From Pyrodictium delaneyi (GTDB lineage: Archaea; Thermoproteota; Thermoprotei_A; Sulfolobales; Pyrodictiaceae), in assembly GCF_001412615.1 (NCBI RefSeq), contig NZ_CP013011.1, forward strand, positions 360,001 to 392,000: a stretch of DNA of 32,000 nt. Direction: 5' to 3'. Positions 7,340 through 17,239 of this stretch are shown piece after piece; position 1 is the first letter of the stretch, and each line of letters begins with the position of its first letter. Under the pieces are notes generated by a model. The model ran no database searches. It saw only the letters and a program-made list of their open reading frames with translations, and was not told where the DNA came from. The position numbers and the translations under genes are program-made.

Positions 7340-9583
7340 TTAGGCCCTGGGCTCTATTACTATGACCTCGTACTCGTCTAGCCTCGGTAGCGTGGTCTCT
7401 AGTGCTCCGTTTTTCGTCTCTGCTTGGAGCTGCTTGTCTCGTAGCGGCAGGTAGACTATGTAGCTGCTGGCTTGGAGGCCTAGCTGCTCTGGGTGTAGCC
7501 GGAGCTTCACGTTGTGTACAGATACTACTGTCGTGGCAGGGTGTACTGCTTCGTGGGTGCCGAAGGAGGCTACTGGCTGGCGGGCGTCGCCTAGTCCGCG
7601 GCTCATTATCCTCTGGTTGTAGGTGTGGTTGATGAGGTGTAGTATGACCCGGTCGCCCTGTCTCCAAGGCTCTGCCTGGACTGTGGAGGGAGCGTCTACC
7701 TCTAAGGGGAGAGGGCCACCGGCGTGGGTTACAGCGTTGTATACGAGTCTCATGTAGTCGGTGAGGCCTAGCCTCCAGTAGTGGCGGCCTAGCTGCCCCG
7801 TAAAGTAGACGCTTCTCCCGGCTCCGTGTCTGTTGACCACTATGGCTGGTGCCTTGGTCTCTGCCCCGAGTGGTGGTGGGGACCTGCCGAGGGTGTATTC
7901 GTCGCCCCAGGGGTACTCTGTGAGTCCTATTCTAGCGGGGGTCTCGGCGCCCTCGGCCGGGTCTACTATCGTGTGCCAGCCTAGCTCGGGGCTTGTACGG
8001 CTCTGGCGGAAGCTGTAATCCATGTCTCCCCAGGGTATAAGGCGACGCTGCAGCCCCCGGGTTACGGGGTGGTTTAGTTGATCTACTACTAGGTAGCTCC
8101 AGTCTAGCCGTAGGAGGCCGCGGAGGTTGGCGCCCAGCGTCTCTGCTGTTGCGAACTCGTAGCGTTCTATGCAGTCGCCGTCCCAGCTGCCTGCGAGGTA
8201 TGTTGCTACGAGGCCCCCACCTTTCTTCACGTACTCTGCTATCTCGCTGGCCGCGAAGTCTGGTAGGCAGACTGTGTTGGCGAGCACTATTACCCGGTAC
8301 CGTTGGAGCGTCTTCAGCTCTATGTCGCGGGCTGAGAGGTACTCTACCGGCACGTGGCTGTGCTGGAGCGCGTAGTAGAACCCACGGACCTCGTCTAGAT
8401 AGTGTTGTGGTTCACTGCGTCCGTAGTGGTCTAGCGTCTTTGTAGAGTAGACTACTGCAGCATAGCGTATCGGTTCGGCGCCGTCGAGGTATTCTTCGAG
8501 GACTTCATGCTCTCTGAACACCTGCTCTGCTGCATCTAGGGCGCTGGGGTCCTGGATGTAGGCTGAAGAGAATATGAGGAGCCACGGTGAGGCGCCGCCC
8601 GCTATGGCTTCGCGTAAACCCTGCCTAATGGCGAGCGGGGACGTGGCTACTGTTGTCCGGTACATGTGGAAGTAGTTCCTAGTAGTCCAAACTGGTTTTC
8701 CACCGCTAACTGCACGGCTTAGCTTACTCATCTCCGCTATAAAGCCGGGTGGTTCGCGGTCTGCTTCACTCGTCTCCACCATTACTATGTCTATCGCGTC
8801 GCGAGCCTCCTCTACAACACGATTATTGCGCCCGCCCCAGCCACCAGGATGGCTATTGTAGAGGAGCGGGGTACCTGGTGCAGTCTCTTGTATCACTCTC
8901 TTTATCTCTCGGAGTTTCTCAGTTACTACCTTGTAGCGCCACTCCCAGAGCGTCCGCCACCTGCTGTCGCTCCAATTCGGGTCTCGAGGCATCTCGTAGC
9001 CGTGCTCACGGCGGAACCGGTCCTGGCACCAGCGGCAGTAACAGCTCTTGTCGGGGTCTGGCTGGTAGCGGAAGCTGTCAAGCAGTATACCCGAAGCGCC
9101 TAGGCCTAGCGCCTCGATTACCTCCCTCTTAACGTGCTCTATGAAGGGGGAGTTGAGACAGAGTATGGGCCATTCAGGCTCATATCCTTGCTCTGAGGTG
9201 GGAACATGTTCTAGCATTATCACCTCGCCATGGCGGTTTATCTGTGCCCAGTCACCATGGAGCTTGTATAGGTACTTGTTAGCTGTATGACCCACCATGA
9301 GGATTACGTGTATACCGCGGCGCCGGGCCTCCTCTAGTGCCTCGCGTACTATGTCGCCTTTCATCTTAGCGTGTACTGGGCCTACAGTGCCGCCACGGTA
9401 GAATATTCTGCCCCAGGCATCCCGGGCGAATATTACTAGGACGTTTGCGTGAAGCCGCTCAGCAAGCCTAACAAGGTCTCGGCCGTGGATACGGGGTACG
9501 TAGACACCGTAACGGTCCTCAATATTGAACTGGAGGACACGTACAGGCTTTTCCCACCACTGTCTGTTAGGGGATGGACCCAC
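7340..9583 (-). CDS. GHL6-type putative glycoside hydrolase with a GH42-middle (trimerisation/GATase-like) domain
   Basis: 747 aa. The N-terminal TIM-barrel-like region fits the GHL6 pattern: 'VLVIFARDAWGRIFYRG', 'GIHVILMVGH', 'WPILCLNSPF', 'GILLDSFRY...SCYCRWCQDRFRREHGYEMP' (C-x-C-x2-C cluster). The middle region 'YRVIVLANTVCLPDFAASEIAEYVKKGGGLVATY' resembles the beta-galactosidase trimerisation domain. Confidence 0.7.
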   Translation of the reverse strand: MGPSPNRQWWEKPVRVLQFNIEDRYGVYVPRIHGRDLVRLAERLHANVLVIFARDAWGRIFYRGGTVGPVHAKMKGDIVREALEEARRRGIHVILMVGHTANKYLYKLHGDWAQINRHGEVIMLEHVPTSEQGYEPEWPILCLNSPFIEHVKREVIEALGLGASGILLDSFRYQPDPDKSCYCRWCQDRFRREHGYEMPRDPNWSDSRWRTLWEWRYKVVTEKLREIKRVIQETAPGTPLLYNSHPGGWGGRNNRVVEEARDAIDIVMVETSEADREPPGFIAEMSKLSRAVSGGKPVWTTRNYFHMYRTTVATSPLAIRQGLREAIAGGASPWLLIFSSAYIQDPSALDAAEQVFREHEVLEEYLDGAEPIRYAAVVYSTKTLDHYGRSEPQHYLDEVRGFYYALQHSHVPVEYLSARDIELKTLQRYRVIVLANTVCLPDFAASEIAEYVKKGGGLVATYLAGSWDGDCIERYEFATAETLGANLRGLLRLDWSYLVVDQLNHPVTRGLQRRLIPWGDMDYSFRQSRTSPELGWHTIVDPAEGAETPARIGLTEYPWGDEYTLGRSPPPLGAETKAPAIVVNRHGAGRSVYFTGQLGRHYWRLGLTDYMRLVYNAVTHAGGPLPLEVDAPSTVQAEPWRQGDRVILHLINHTYNQRIMSRGLGDARQPVASFGTHEAVHPATTVVSVHNVKLRLHPEQLGLQASSYIVYLPLRDKQLQAETKNGALETTLPRLDEYEVIVIEPRA

Positions 9584-9646
9584 GACACAACAACCATATG
9601 ATAGGTGAGACTTGACTGAATATATGACTCCTAGCCCGCACAGCTA

Positions 9647-10498
9647 CTAGAGACTGCCTAGGGCTAGCAAGCGCGCCACATGTACCCAGCCCTCCGGTGC
9701 TGGCTCTGGTGCCACGTAGTAGTCAGTCCGCCGGGGCCGGGCAAGTAGCCTACCGTCAGTCTGTGGTATTATTACAGCAGTGTCTACAGACTCGAGAAGA
9801 TCCTCGTCGAGCTGCGTATCGCCTACACCTACAGTGGGGGTTCCGTGGAGTAGCGGCTCCTCGAGGAGCAGTTCTACTGCCCGGGCCTTCCCGTAGCCCT
9901 TGCCGACGTGGAGCAGACGGCCATAGCGTACAGTCAGCCCCAGCTCCTCGGCCCGCTGAGCGGCCCGTTCCATGCAACTCCTGCTAGGGCTCCAGTAGAC
10001 CTCGATAAAGCGGCGTCTTCTCGCCAGTTCGGCCTGGAAGCCCTCGAGCCCGGTCATCCTCTCAGCTATCCTTGGCGGAGCCTTTGTAAGCCGGTAGAGC
10101 GGCTCACTACAGGGTGTAGACGCTATCTCCTCTAGAAGAGGCTCAAGCCTCTCAAGCGGCTCCCCGACCTCGATATAGTCCAGACCTAGAGCATGATCAT
10201 AGCTTGTGGGCCGTGTGAGGAAGCCCGGTGAAGCGTAGACCGCACCACCCGCCTCGACAACAGCTATGAAGGGGTCTCCGTCTAGGCCTAGCCTGTTCCT
10301 CAGCGCTACTACCTCCTCTACCGTCTTTGCAGTCACTGGTATTACGAGGAAGCCTAGTAGCCTAAGCAGTCGCGCATAGTAAGCACTGCCCCCTACTCTA
10401 CCATCGTAGCTTACCATGCTCCCATCTATATCGGTGAATACCAGCCGCCTGGGCCGCAGCCTGCGCCACCCTATAGGGGCTTTATTAACCAGCACCAA
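9647..10498 (-). CDS. mpgP: Mannosyl-3-phosphoglycerate phosphatase (HAD-IIB)
   Basis: HAD motif I 'VFTDIDGSMV', motif II 'VIPVTAKT', then 'GKGYGKARAVELLL' and 'VGVGDTQLDEDLLESVDTAVII'. These line up block by block with Pyrococcus MpgP as I remember it. Located 28 nt downstream of mpgS. Confidence 0.8.
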   Translation of the reverse strand: MVLVNKAPIGWRRLRPRRLVFTDIDGSMVSYDGRVGGSAYYARLLRLLGFLVIPVTAKTVEEVVALRNRLGLDGDPFIAVVEAGGAVYASPGFLTRPTSYDHALGLDYIEVGEPLERLEPLLEEIASTPCSEPLYRLTKAPPRIAERMTGLEGFQAELARRRRFIEVYWSPSRSCMERAAQRAEELGLTVRYGRLLHVGKGYGKARAVELLLEEPLLHGTPTVGVGDTQLDEDLLESVDTAVIIPQTDGRLLARPRRTDYYVAPEPAPEGWVHVARLLALGSL

Positions 10499-10526
10499 GC
10501 CTACAAGGAGCAGCTACCTCCCGGCC

Positions 10527-11690
10527 TTACTTGAAGTAATGCGTCATAGTACTCTCAGCTAATAGTGCTGAGAATAGCTTGCTAGGGTCTACACCCTCGA
10601 GGCTATACACTCTAGGCCTGGGCGGCTCACCCTCATACTTGTAATCGCGTAGCAGACTGTGTATCCGCTCCTTTACTGTCTCGTCTGCCCCGAGCCGGGA
10701 GTGGTATACCGTACCGAGGCTCTCAGCCAGCATTCCTGCTATGTGCTCGTCGCCCCGCTCAGCGTGTATGTGAGGGTTACGAGCCTCTATCTGGAATATA
10801 TTGACGCCATCAGGTAGGAAGCTGCAGCGACCCTCATCGACACCCAGAAAGCAATCTTCCAGGAGTTGAACCAACTCGTAGGGCTCTACTGCAAAGCCAC
10901 CAGCCCAGCGTAGGCGAAGCGCCAGTTCTATGCTCATTGCGTGCTCGCCACTATTGGCAGTTCTGATTATATCCGTCTCTACCTTGCGTAGTCTCGAGAG
11001 TGCATAGTTGAGAACGTTGTTCGTGTGCATTGATACTCTACCGCGTTTACGGAGGTACATATCTGAGGATGCTAACTTGCCCTTATAGTGCCAGACTATT
11101 CTGACCATTGTATAAGGTGACTCGGATAGTGAAAACCCTAGGTAGTATATCTTGCTATACTCGTTAGCCGCGCCCGGCACATAATTGTCGCTATCGATGA
11201 ACCCCACATAACGGGCGCCTATGCCCGCCGCCGCAATTACGCCAAGAACCATTCCCTCGCCTTTTCCACGCCGTACCATGCCATCCTCAAGCATAGCCTC
11301 CAAAGGTGTACCAGCTAACACCTCGGCCCACGCCGGATCGCGTTGATGTATCACGAGTATCTCACGGCCCGTGACACTATGTATTGTCCGGGCAAGCTCC
11401 ACTTCGCGGCTATAGACATCTACAGGAGAGGATCGCGAGGCTGATACAAGAATTATTGGAGATGCATGTGGTATCGCACGAAGTACACCTTCCAGGGCTA
11501 TGATATCCTCGTCCTTCACTGGCACAACTATAGCTGTAGAAGCTGCATACTCCTCGAGAACCTCGTAGCTCACAGTATATGTTCCCGAGAGCTTCGTCGT
11601 CACGCCAAGCGAGTCTAGCTCGAGAACGCGAGCTAACTCAAATATCTTTACAGCACCGTAAGCCTCGAACCGTGTAGGCAGGCTTATCAT
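10527..11690 (-). CDS. mpgS: Mannosyl-3-phosphoglycerate synthase
   Basis: Strong block similarity to Pyrococcus MPGS: 'VVPVKDEDIIALEGVLRAIPH', 'IHQRDPAWAEVL', 'MVRRGKGEGMVLGV', 'YVGFIDSDNYVPGAANEY', 'GEHAMSIELA', 'IFQIEARNPHIHAERGDEHI'. The ORF track starts at a TTG at 11693; the adjacent ATG at 11690 gives 'MISLPTRFEAYGAV', which matches the family N-terminus. Confidence 0.92.
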   Translation of the reverse strand: MISLPTRFEAYGAVKIFELARVLELDSLGVTTKLSGTYTVSYEVLEEYAASTAIVVPVKDEDIIALEGVLRAIPHASPIILVSASRSSPVDVYSREVELARTIHSVTGREILVIHQRDPAWAEVLAGTPLEAMLEDGMVRRGKGEGMVLGVIAAAGIGARYVGFIDSDNYVPGAANEYSKIYYLGFSLSESPYTMVRIVWHYKGKLASSDMYLRKRGRVSMHTNNVLNYALSRLRKVETDIIRTANSGEHAMSIELALRLRWAGGFAVEPYELVQLLEDCFLGVDEGRCSFLPDGVNIFQIEARNPHIHAERGDEHIAGMLAESLGTVYHSRLGADETVKERIHSLLRDYKYEGEPPRPRVYSLEGVDPSKLFSALLAESTMTHYFK

Positions 11691-11710
11691 CAAGGTTCCA
11701 CAGACACCCC

Positions 11711-11720
11711 CCTTATAGCT
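11711..11720 (-). promoter_or_regulatory. TATA box for mpgS, consistent with a leaderless or near-leaderless transcript
   Basis: The minus strand reads 'agcTATAAgggggg'. The TATAA lies ~23-27 nt upstream of the ATG at 11690, and there is no Shine-Dalgarno sequence between them. Confidence 0.45.
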
Positions 11721-11943
11721 ATCAGAGGCTAGAGAGTATCCTGTCTAGGCATTGCAGATCATTGAAACAGACCATAGCCAGCACACATGTTAGGGTTCTA
11801 GACCGGAGGAAGGGGCCCCAGAGGCTGCCCGCCCATTATTCTTCTCAATCCTAAATTATATTAGTTCCTCTCTCCATACACGGGTACTAAGCATGGATAA
11901 ATAAGATGAGGTTAGAAATATTCAACTACGAAGGGGTAGTTCT

Positions 11944-12825
11944 TCAGTGTTTTAGCTCCTCTAGGATGGCTTCAGCTAGCCTCCTTGCAGGATTAATTCC
12001 CGTAGCCCGGTAGAACCCCTTGAACTCTGGTACGCCGTTCACTTCGTTTACCAGGTAGCCCCTTTCATCGTCTTCAAACACGTCTATTGATACGAAGAAG
12101 CCCTTCACTGCAGCAGCAGCTCTGACAGTTATGTCTTCGAGGACAGGGTCTGGCTTGTAGACCTCGGTCCGGGCCCCTAGGGCTACGTTGCTTCTCCATT
12201 CGCCGTTCTGGGCTACTCTCTTTATGCATCCTAGGAGTGTTCCTGCTACTACTATGCAGCGTATGTCGCTGCTACCCGAGTCTAGGTACTCTTGTATTAT
12301 CATTGAGCGGGTCTGACTACATGGGAGCTCTTGCCTCATACGGGCTAGTTGTTCTAGCTCCTCCGGCGTATCAGCGCGGGATACTAGGCGGCCCCAACTT
12401 CCCACGGGCGCCTTGACGACAACAGGGTAGCCGAGCCTGCTGGCAGCTTCTAGAGCAGCATCAACGTCGGCTGCGTAGAAGCTCCTGGGTATGGGTATCC
12501 TTGCTGCTGCAAGCTGAGTATAGGCTAACAGTTTATCGCCAGCAGTCATTATCGTCTGTGAACTGTTTACCGTGAATACTCCTGCTGCCTCAAAGCTAGC
12601 CGCAGTATAGGCAGCGCGGTACATGCTTATAGGCCTTATAACAGCGGCATCGAAGCCATCGATTCCTATCTCCAATGCTCTCGAGCGCACATTGACCATG
12701 TTAACGTTCATGTACTCTCCTAGCGCCTTTAGCAGCATCTGCTCCTCAAGGCGCACAACGTCGACGACGATCGCTGCAGTGGGCACTGTTCTAGAACACC
12801 TCCACTCCTGGGCCCCAATAGTCAC
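11944..12825 (-). CDS. RimK/LysX/ArgX-family ATP-grasp ligase (carrier-protein LysW amino-acid ligase; ArgX-like by context)
   Basis: Collinear by eye with Thermus LysX: 'AAIVVDVVRLEEQMLLKAL', 'GYPVVVKAPVGSWGRLVS', 'IIQEYLDSGSSDIRCIVV', 'VSIDVFEDDERGYLVNEVNGVPEFKG'. The ATG at 12825 overlaps the carB 3' end by 35 nt. An in-frame GTG at 12786 ('VPTAAIVVD'), 5 nt after the carB stop, is an equally plausible start. Confidence 0.85.
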   Translation of the reverse strand: MTIGAQEWRCSRTVPTAAIVVDVVRLEEQMLLKALGEYMNVNMVNVRSRALEIGIDGFDAAVIRPISMYRAAYTAASFEAAGVFTVNSSQTIMTAGDKLLAYTQLAAARIPIPRSFYAADVDAALEAASRLGYPVVVKAPVGSWGRLVSRADTPEELEQLARMRQELPCSQTRSMIIQEYLDSGSSDIRCIVVAGTLLGCIKRVAQNGEWRSNVALGARTEVYKPDPVLEDITVRAAAAVKGFFVSIDVFEDDERGYLVNEVNGVPEFKGFYRATGINPARRLAEAILEELKH

Positions 12826-15800
12826 GGAGCTCGAGAGCTTCGAGCCCCCCGAGGCCGACCCGGCTGATGGCTTCGGCGAGCATCCTGGCTAGCCTGGCGT
12901 CGAGCACTACGGGTACGCCTAGGTCTACTGCTAGGCGGCGTATCTTGTAGTCACGCTCCGGCGCATAACCGGTCGTCATTAGTAGGCCTACACCATTCAT
13001 CCTTATGAGGCGTAGAGCCTGCTCGACCGGAAGCGGTTCAGCCCCTTCAACCTCCATACCCTCTACAGTGTATACCGTGTAGCCCTTCTCTCTCATGAAC
13101 CTAGCCGCGGCGGCGAGGTCGCTCCGGCCCCTCCCGGTAGGCGTGTACACGAGTACACTGCTACCAGCTGGAGGCAACTTGTTGCCCTGGACGCCTAGCC
13201 AGCTCTTGAGCAGTGCCTCGTGTAGTGTGCGGCCTAACGCTGCTACCTCGCCCGTGCTTCTCATCTCCGGGCCTAGGCCTGGGTAGGCGCCCTTGAGCCT
13301 CTGCCAGCTCGGTTGTGGGCTCTTGACGCCCCACCAGCCCTGGGGCTTTAGCAGCTTGAAGCCCTCGTAGCCGTTGAAGCCGTAGCTTATCCTGCCCTGC
13401 AGCGCCGCCTCAGCAGCGGCGCGCATGAGGTTGTAGCCTGTAACCTTACTCGTGAAGGGCATGGAGCGGCTAGCACGGAGGTTTAGCTCTACCACATAGA
13501 CGCTACCGTTCTTCACGAGGAACTGTATGTTGAAAGGTCCCTGTATCTCCAGGGCCTCGTTGAGCATCTCTGCTACTCGTGTCATTTCGCGTACAGCGTT
13601 CTCGGGTAGGCTGAACCAGGGGAGAACCATGGTGGAGTCGCCGCTGTGAACACCACCCGGCTCTATGTGCTCGATTACCGCGCCTACCGCACGACGACTG
13701 TCACCTACAGCGTCTATCTCTGCTTCCACAGCGTCCTCGAGGAACTTGGAGACGACCACCGGGTAGCGTGGCGACACCTTAGCAGCCTGCTCTATGTAGC
13801 TCTTTAGCTCCTCTGGGCTCCACGCAATCTTCATCGCAGAGCCACTTAGCACGTAGCTGGGTCGTACAAGGACTGGGTAACCCACATCCTCGGCAAAGCG
13901 TAGTGCCTCCTTGATACTGGTCGCGGCTGTCCAGCTCGGCTGCTTTATGCCAAGCTCCTCTAGGAGCTGGGAGAACCAGGCACGGTTCTCGGCGCGGTCC
14001 ACGCTCCTACCGGGTGTGCCTAGGAGCTTTACACCACGCTCCTCGAGAGGCTTAGCAAGGTTGTTCGCTATCTGGCCGCCGAGGAAGGCTACTACGCCGA
14101 CCGGTTTCTCGAACCGGTATATGTCGAGGACACGCTCGAGGGTTAACTCCTCGAAGTAGAGCTTGTCATTCACATCCCAATCTGTGGACACTGTCTCGGG
14201 GTTGTAGTTTACGACTGCTACCTCGTAGCCGAGATTACGTGCCTCTTCGGCGAAGCTCACCACCCCCCAGTCGAACTCGACAGACACGCCAATCCTGAAT
14301 ACGCCGGCGCCTAGCACCATGAGACGTGGACGTCCACTGGTTATAGGTTTATCGTCCTCATAGGCGTTATAGCTCATGTAGAGGTAGTTTGTTGCTGCCG
14401 GCCACTCTGCGGCTAGGGTGTCTATCTGCCTCACATAGGGTCTATCTAGGCCTATACTGCGACGTGCCCTCTCGACTTCCTCGACGGTGATACCAGAGAG
14501 TAGTGCTATCTGTTCGTCACTGAAGCCTAGCCGCTTAGCCTCGGCGAGTAGGTCGAGGAACTCTAGGCTTCCAGGCCGTGTGTAGCGCAGCTTCTCAGCC
14601 AGCTCTACTATCTCGTATATCTGGTTGAGGAAGTAGGGGTCTACACCCGTCACCTCGTATACATGCTTGACAGTGGCGCCTAGCTTGAACGCCTTAGCAG
14701 CCCATATGGGCCAGTAGGGTTCGCGGCGGCGCAGCTTCTCCATGACCTTCTCTAGGCTCTCGGGCTCCTCGTACCGTGGCCCAGCTACTACGCCTGGCTC
14801 GCCTATGTCGAGCATCCTTATTGCCTTCTGGAGGGCCTCAGCGAAGTTCCTGCCTATAGCCATTACCTCTCCTATGCTCTTCATTTCGCTGCTTATGCTC
14901 TTCTCAACGCCCTCGAACTTCTCTAGGTCCCAGCGCGGCACCTTGACTACCACGTAGTCGAGGCTGGGCTCGAAGCAAGCACAAGTCCTCCCAGTGACGC
15001 GGTTTAGTAGCTCGTCCAGCCGGTAGCCGAGCGCAAGCTTAGCAGCAATGTAGGCTAGAGGGTAGCCCGTTGCCTTGCTAGCTAGGGCACTGCTACGGCT
15101 CATACGCGGGTTAGTCTCTATCACGTAGTATTCCCAGCTGTCGCGGGGGTTGAGTGCTAGCTGTACGTTGCCCTCCCCTACTAGGCTTATGGCCTCGGCC
15201 ACACGTAGGCTTGCTTCGCGGAGAAGCTGGTACTCTTGGTCGGTGAGAGTCTGACATGGAGCTATGACCACAGACTCTCCAGTGTGGACGCCCATGGGGT
15301 CGGCGTTCTCGAGGCAGGCCACGGCTACCATGTTGCCGTACTGGTCGCGTACGACTTCGTACTCTATCTCCTTCCAGTGGTGGAGATACTTCTCCACTAG
15401 TACTTCGCCGGAGCCAGAGAGTGCGAAGGCACGGACTAACCAGCGTTCTAGCTCGTCGCGGCTCCACGCTACTAGGCTCCCGCCGCCGCCAAGGTTGAAG
15501 CTGACACGGACTATAACGGGGTATCCAATCTCGTCAGCCGCCTTGAGCGCCTCCTCGACGCTAGTCGCGGGGAAACTGGGCGGGATCGGGAGGCCAGCCT
15601 TTATCATCGTCTCACGGAATTTGCCGCGCGAAAGCGCCCTTTCGATGCCCTCGACAGGGGTGCCTAGGACGCGGACACCATACTTTGCTAGTACGCCGCG
15701 GTGGTACAGCTCGACGCCTAGGCTTAGTGCTGTCTGACCGCCAAAGCCTAGTAGTATAGCGTCCGGCCGCTCACGCTCAATAACCTTCTCTATGAACCAC

Positions 15801-16012
15801 GACTGAAGGGGGCCTAGGTACACATGGTCTGCTAGCTTGTAGCTCGTCTGTATGGTGGCAACGTTCGGATTGACCAGGACAGTCTCAATACCTTCCTCCC
15901 GTAGCGCTTTCAGGGCCTGGCTACCACTGTAGTCGAACTCTGCCGCCTCTGCAATCTTTATCGCGCCGCTGCCTAGTACTAGCACCTTCCTTACATCTAT
16001 CCTCTTCGGCAT
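12791..16012 (-). CDS. carB: Carbamoyl-phosphate synthase large subunit
   Basis: Two ATP-grasp halves plus a C-terminal MGS-like domain. N-terminus 'MPKRIDVRKVLVLGSGAIKIAEAAEFDYSGSQA'. The track ORF begins at 16033, but the ATG at 16012 is preceded by GGAGGAGGTGG (Shine-Dalgarno) and gives the canonical 'MPKR' start. Confidence 0.95.
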   Translation of the reverse strand: MPKRIDVRKVLVLGSGAIKIAEAAEFDYSGSQALKALREEGIETVLVNPNVATIQTSYKLADHVYLGPLQSWFIEKVIERERPDAILLGFGGQTALSLGVELYHRGVLAKYGVRVLGTPVEGIERALSRGKFRETMIKAGLPIPPSFPATSVEEALKAADEIGYPVIVRVSFNLGGGGSLVAWSRDELERWLVRAFALSGSGEVLVEKYLHHWKEIEYEVVRDQYGNMVAVACLENADPMGVHTGESVVIAPCQTLTDQEYQLLREASLRVAEAISLVGEGNVQLALNPRDSWEYYVIETNPRMSRSSALASKATGYPLAYIAAKLALGYRLDELLNRVTGRTCACFEPSLDYVVVKVPRWDLEKFEGVEKSISSEMKSIGEVMAIGRNFAEALQKAIRMLDIGEPGVVAGPRYEEPESLEKVMEKLRRREPYWPIWAAKAFKLGATVKHVYEVTGVDPYFLNQIYEIVELAEKLRYTRPGSLEFLDLLAEAKRLGFSDEQIALLSGITVEEVERARRSIGLDRPYVRQIDTLAAEWPAATNYLYMSYNAYEDDKPITSGRPRLMVLGAGVFRIGVSVEFDWGVVSFAEEARNLGYEVAVVNYNPETVSTDWDVNDKLYFEELTLERVLDIYRFEKPVGVVAFLGGQIANNLAKPLEERGVKLLGTPGRSVDRAENRAWFSQLLEELGIKQPSWTAATSIKEALRFAEDVGYPVLVRPSYVLSGSAMKIAWSPEELKSYIEQAAKVSPRYPVVVSKFLEDAVEAEIDAVGDSRRAVGAVIEHIEPGGVHSGDSTMVLPWFSLPENAVREMTRVAEMLNEALEIQGPFNIQFLVKNGSVYVVELNLRASRSMPFTSKVTGYNLMRAAAEAALQGRISYGFNGYEGFKLLKPQGWWGVKSPQPSWQRLKGAYPGLGPEMRSTGEVAALGRTLHEALLKSWLGVQGNKLPPAGSSVLVYTPTGRGRSDLAAAARFMREKGYTVYTVEGMEVEGAEPLPVEQALRLIRMNGVGLLMTTGYAPERDYKIRRLAVDLGVPVVLDARLARMLAEAISRVGLGGLEALELRDYWGPGVEVF

Positions 16013-16051
16013 CTCACAGCCACCTCCTCCCATGCCCTATTGTCCTGGTTC

Positions 16052-17239
16052 TTACCTCGTCCTAGTCTTCTCGATCAGCCTGAGAAAGAGGTCAAACACC
16101 CACGTGGAGTCCCAGGGACCCGGCCCGGCCTCTGGGTGGAATTGTGTAGCTATCACCAGCCCGTCACGTGTACGCACTCCTTCGAGCGTACCGTCATCGG
16201 GCTGGCGGAACCAAGGCACGAGCCCTGCATCGTCTAGGCTATCCCAGTCAATAGCGTACCCGTGGTTGTGTGTCGAGACCATACAGCGACCCGTGTCCAG
16301 CTCGACGACTGGCTTGTTAACTCCGCGGTGACCGTAGGGAAGCTTGTAGGCGCGTGCACCGAGGCCCAGGGCTAGGAGCTGCATACCAAGACATATAGCT
16401 AGGACAGGCTTCCCTGATGTCGCGACTTCTGCTGCTACACGAGCCTGGTCGCGTAGGAGAGCAGGATTCCCAGGCCCATTACTCAGTACTACAGCATCGT
16501 AGCCCTCTAGGAGCTGCCAGGCAGGGGTCGTGCACGGGTAGCGGGTCACCTCGATACCACGTTCGAGGAGGCGGCGTAGAATGCCATACTTCACCCCACA
16601 GTCTAGCATCGCTACGCGCGCCCTGACCCGTCCCTCGGGCTTGTGCGTTATTGGCTCCCGGGGGCTGACCTCTAGCGCGAACACCCTCTCGTCGTAAGTC
16701 TTTGAGGAGACTAGCTTACGGGCCAGCTCGTCCCAGCTCGGTGGCTCCTCGTCTTCGTTATAGACCGATATTATGCCCATTACAACACCGTGTTCGCGTA
16801 TCCTCTTCACGAGGAACCTCGTATCTACACGGTATATTCCCGGCACACCTTCACTCCGTAGCCACTCGTGGAGACTCATAGCGGAGGCGTAATGATTCGG
16901 CTTGGGTAGCTCTGCTACTACGAATCCTTCTACTTGTATATGGTCAGACTCGTAGTCGAGAAGGATTCCATGGTACAGTCTGCTCTTCCTGGGGACACCG
17001 TAGTTGCCCATCATGGGGTGAGTCTCCACGAGTATCTGGCCACGGTAGCTCGGGTCAGTAAGACTCTCAGGGTATCCAGTCATGGCCGTCGTGAATACCA
17101 CTTCGCCGACACGGGTCGTTGTAGCGCCGAAGCCACAACCCTCAACTGCGATGCCATCGGCTAGTAGTAGCCTGGCACGTAGCCCTGTCCGGCACCTCAG
17201 CAGGGGCATCCGATAGACCTTTATCTCGCTTACTTGCAC
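16052..17239 (-). CDS. carA: Carbamoyl-phosphate synthase small (glutamine amidotransferase) subunit
   Basis: 'GEVVFTTAMTGYPESLTDPSYRGQIL' and the GATase triad region 'PVLAICLGMQLLA' ... 'HNHGYAI'. The start at 17239 overlaps argH by 10 nt. An internal Met at 17209 ('MPLLRC') is an alternative. Confidence 0.93.
   Translation of the reverse strand: MQVSEIKVYRMPLLRCRTGLRARLLLADGIAVEGCGFGATTTRVGEVVFTTAMTGYPESLTDPSYRGQILVETHPMMGNYGVPRKSRLYHGILLDYESDHIQVEGFVVAELPKPNHYASAMSLHEWLRSEGVPGIYRVDTRFLVKRIREHGVVMGIISVYNEDEEPPSWDELARKLVSSKTYDERVFALEVSPREPITHKPEGRVRARVAMLDCGVKYGILRRLLERGIEVTRYPCTTPAWQLLEGYDAVVLSNGPGNPALLRDQARVAAEVATSGKPVLAICLGMQLLALGLGARAYKLPYGHRGVNKPVVELDTGRCMVSTHNHGYAIDWDSLDDAGLVPWFRQPDDGTLEGVRTRDGLVIATQFHPEAGPGPWDSTWVFDLFLRLIEKTRTR

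Noticed and set aside
7299-9132. Out-of-frame and antisense ORFs inside the GHL6 gene (7299..7667, 7402..7632, 7833..8018, 8149..8445, 8169..8375, 8749..9132, 8849..9103)
   Set aside because: They are fully embedded in a 747-aa ORF that has recognisable domain motifs. Their products are Arg/Pro/Ser-rich, as expected for off-frame translation of GC-rich coding DNA.
13095-15737. Embedded ORFs within carB (for example 15111..15467 - and 15264..15737 +), with similar cases inside carA, argH, argG, asd, aspartate kinase and hom
   Set aside because: The host genes are unambiguous, highly conserved enzymes. The embedded ORFs show biased off-frame composition and no motifs.
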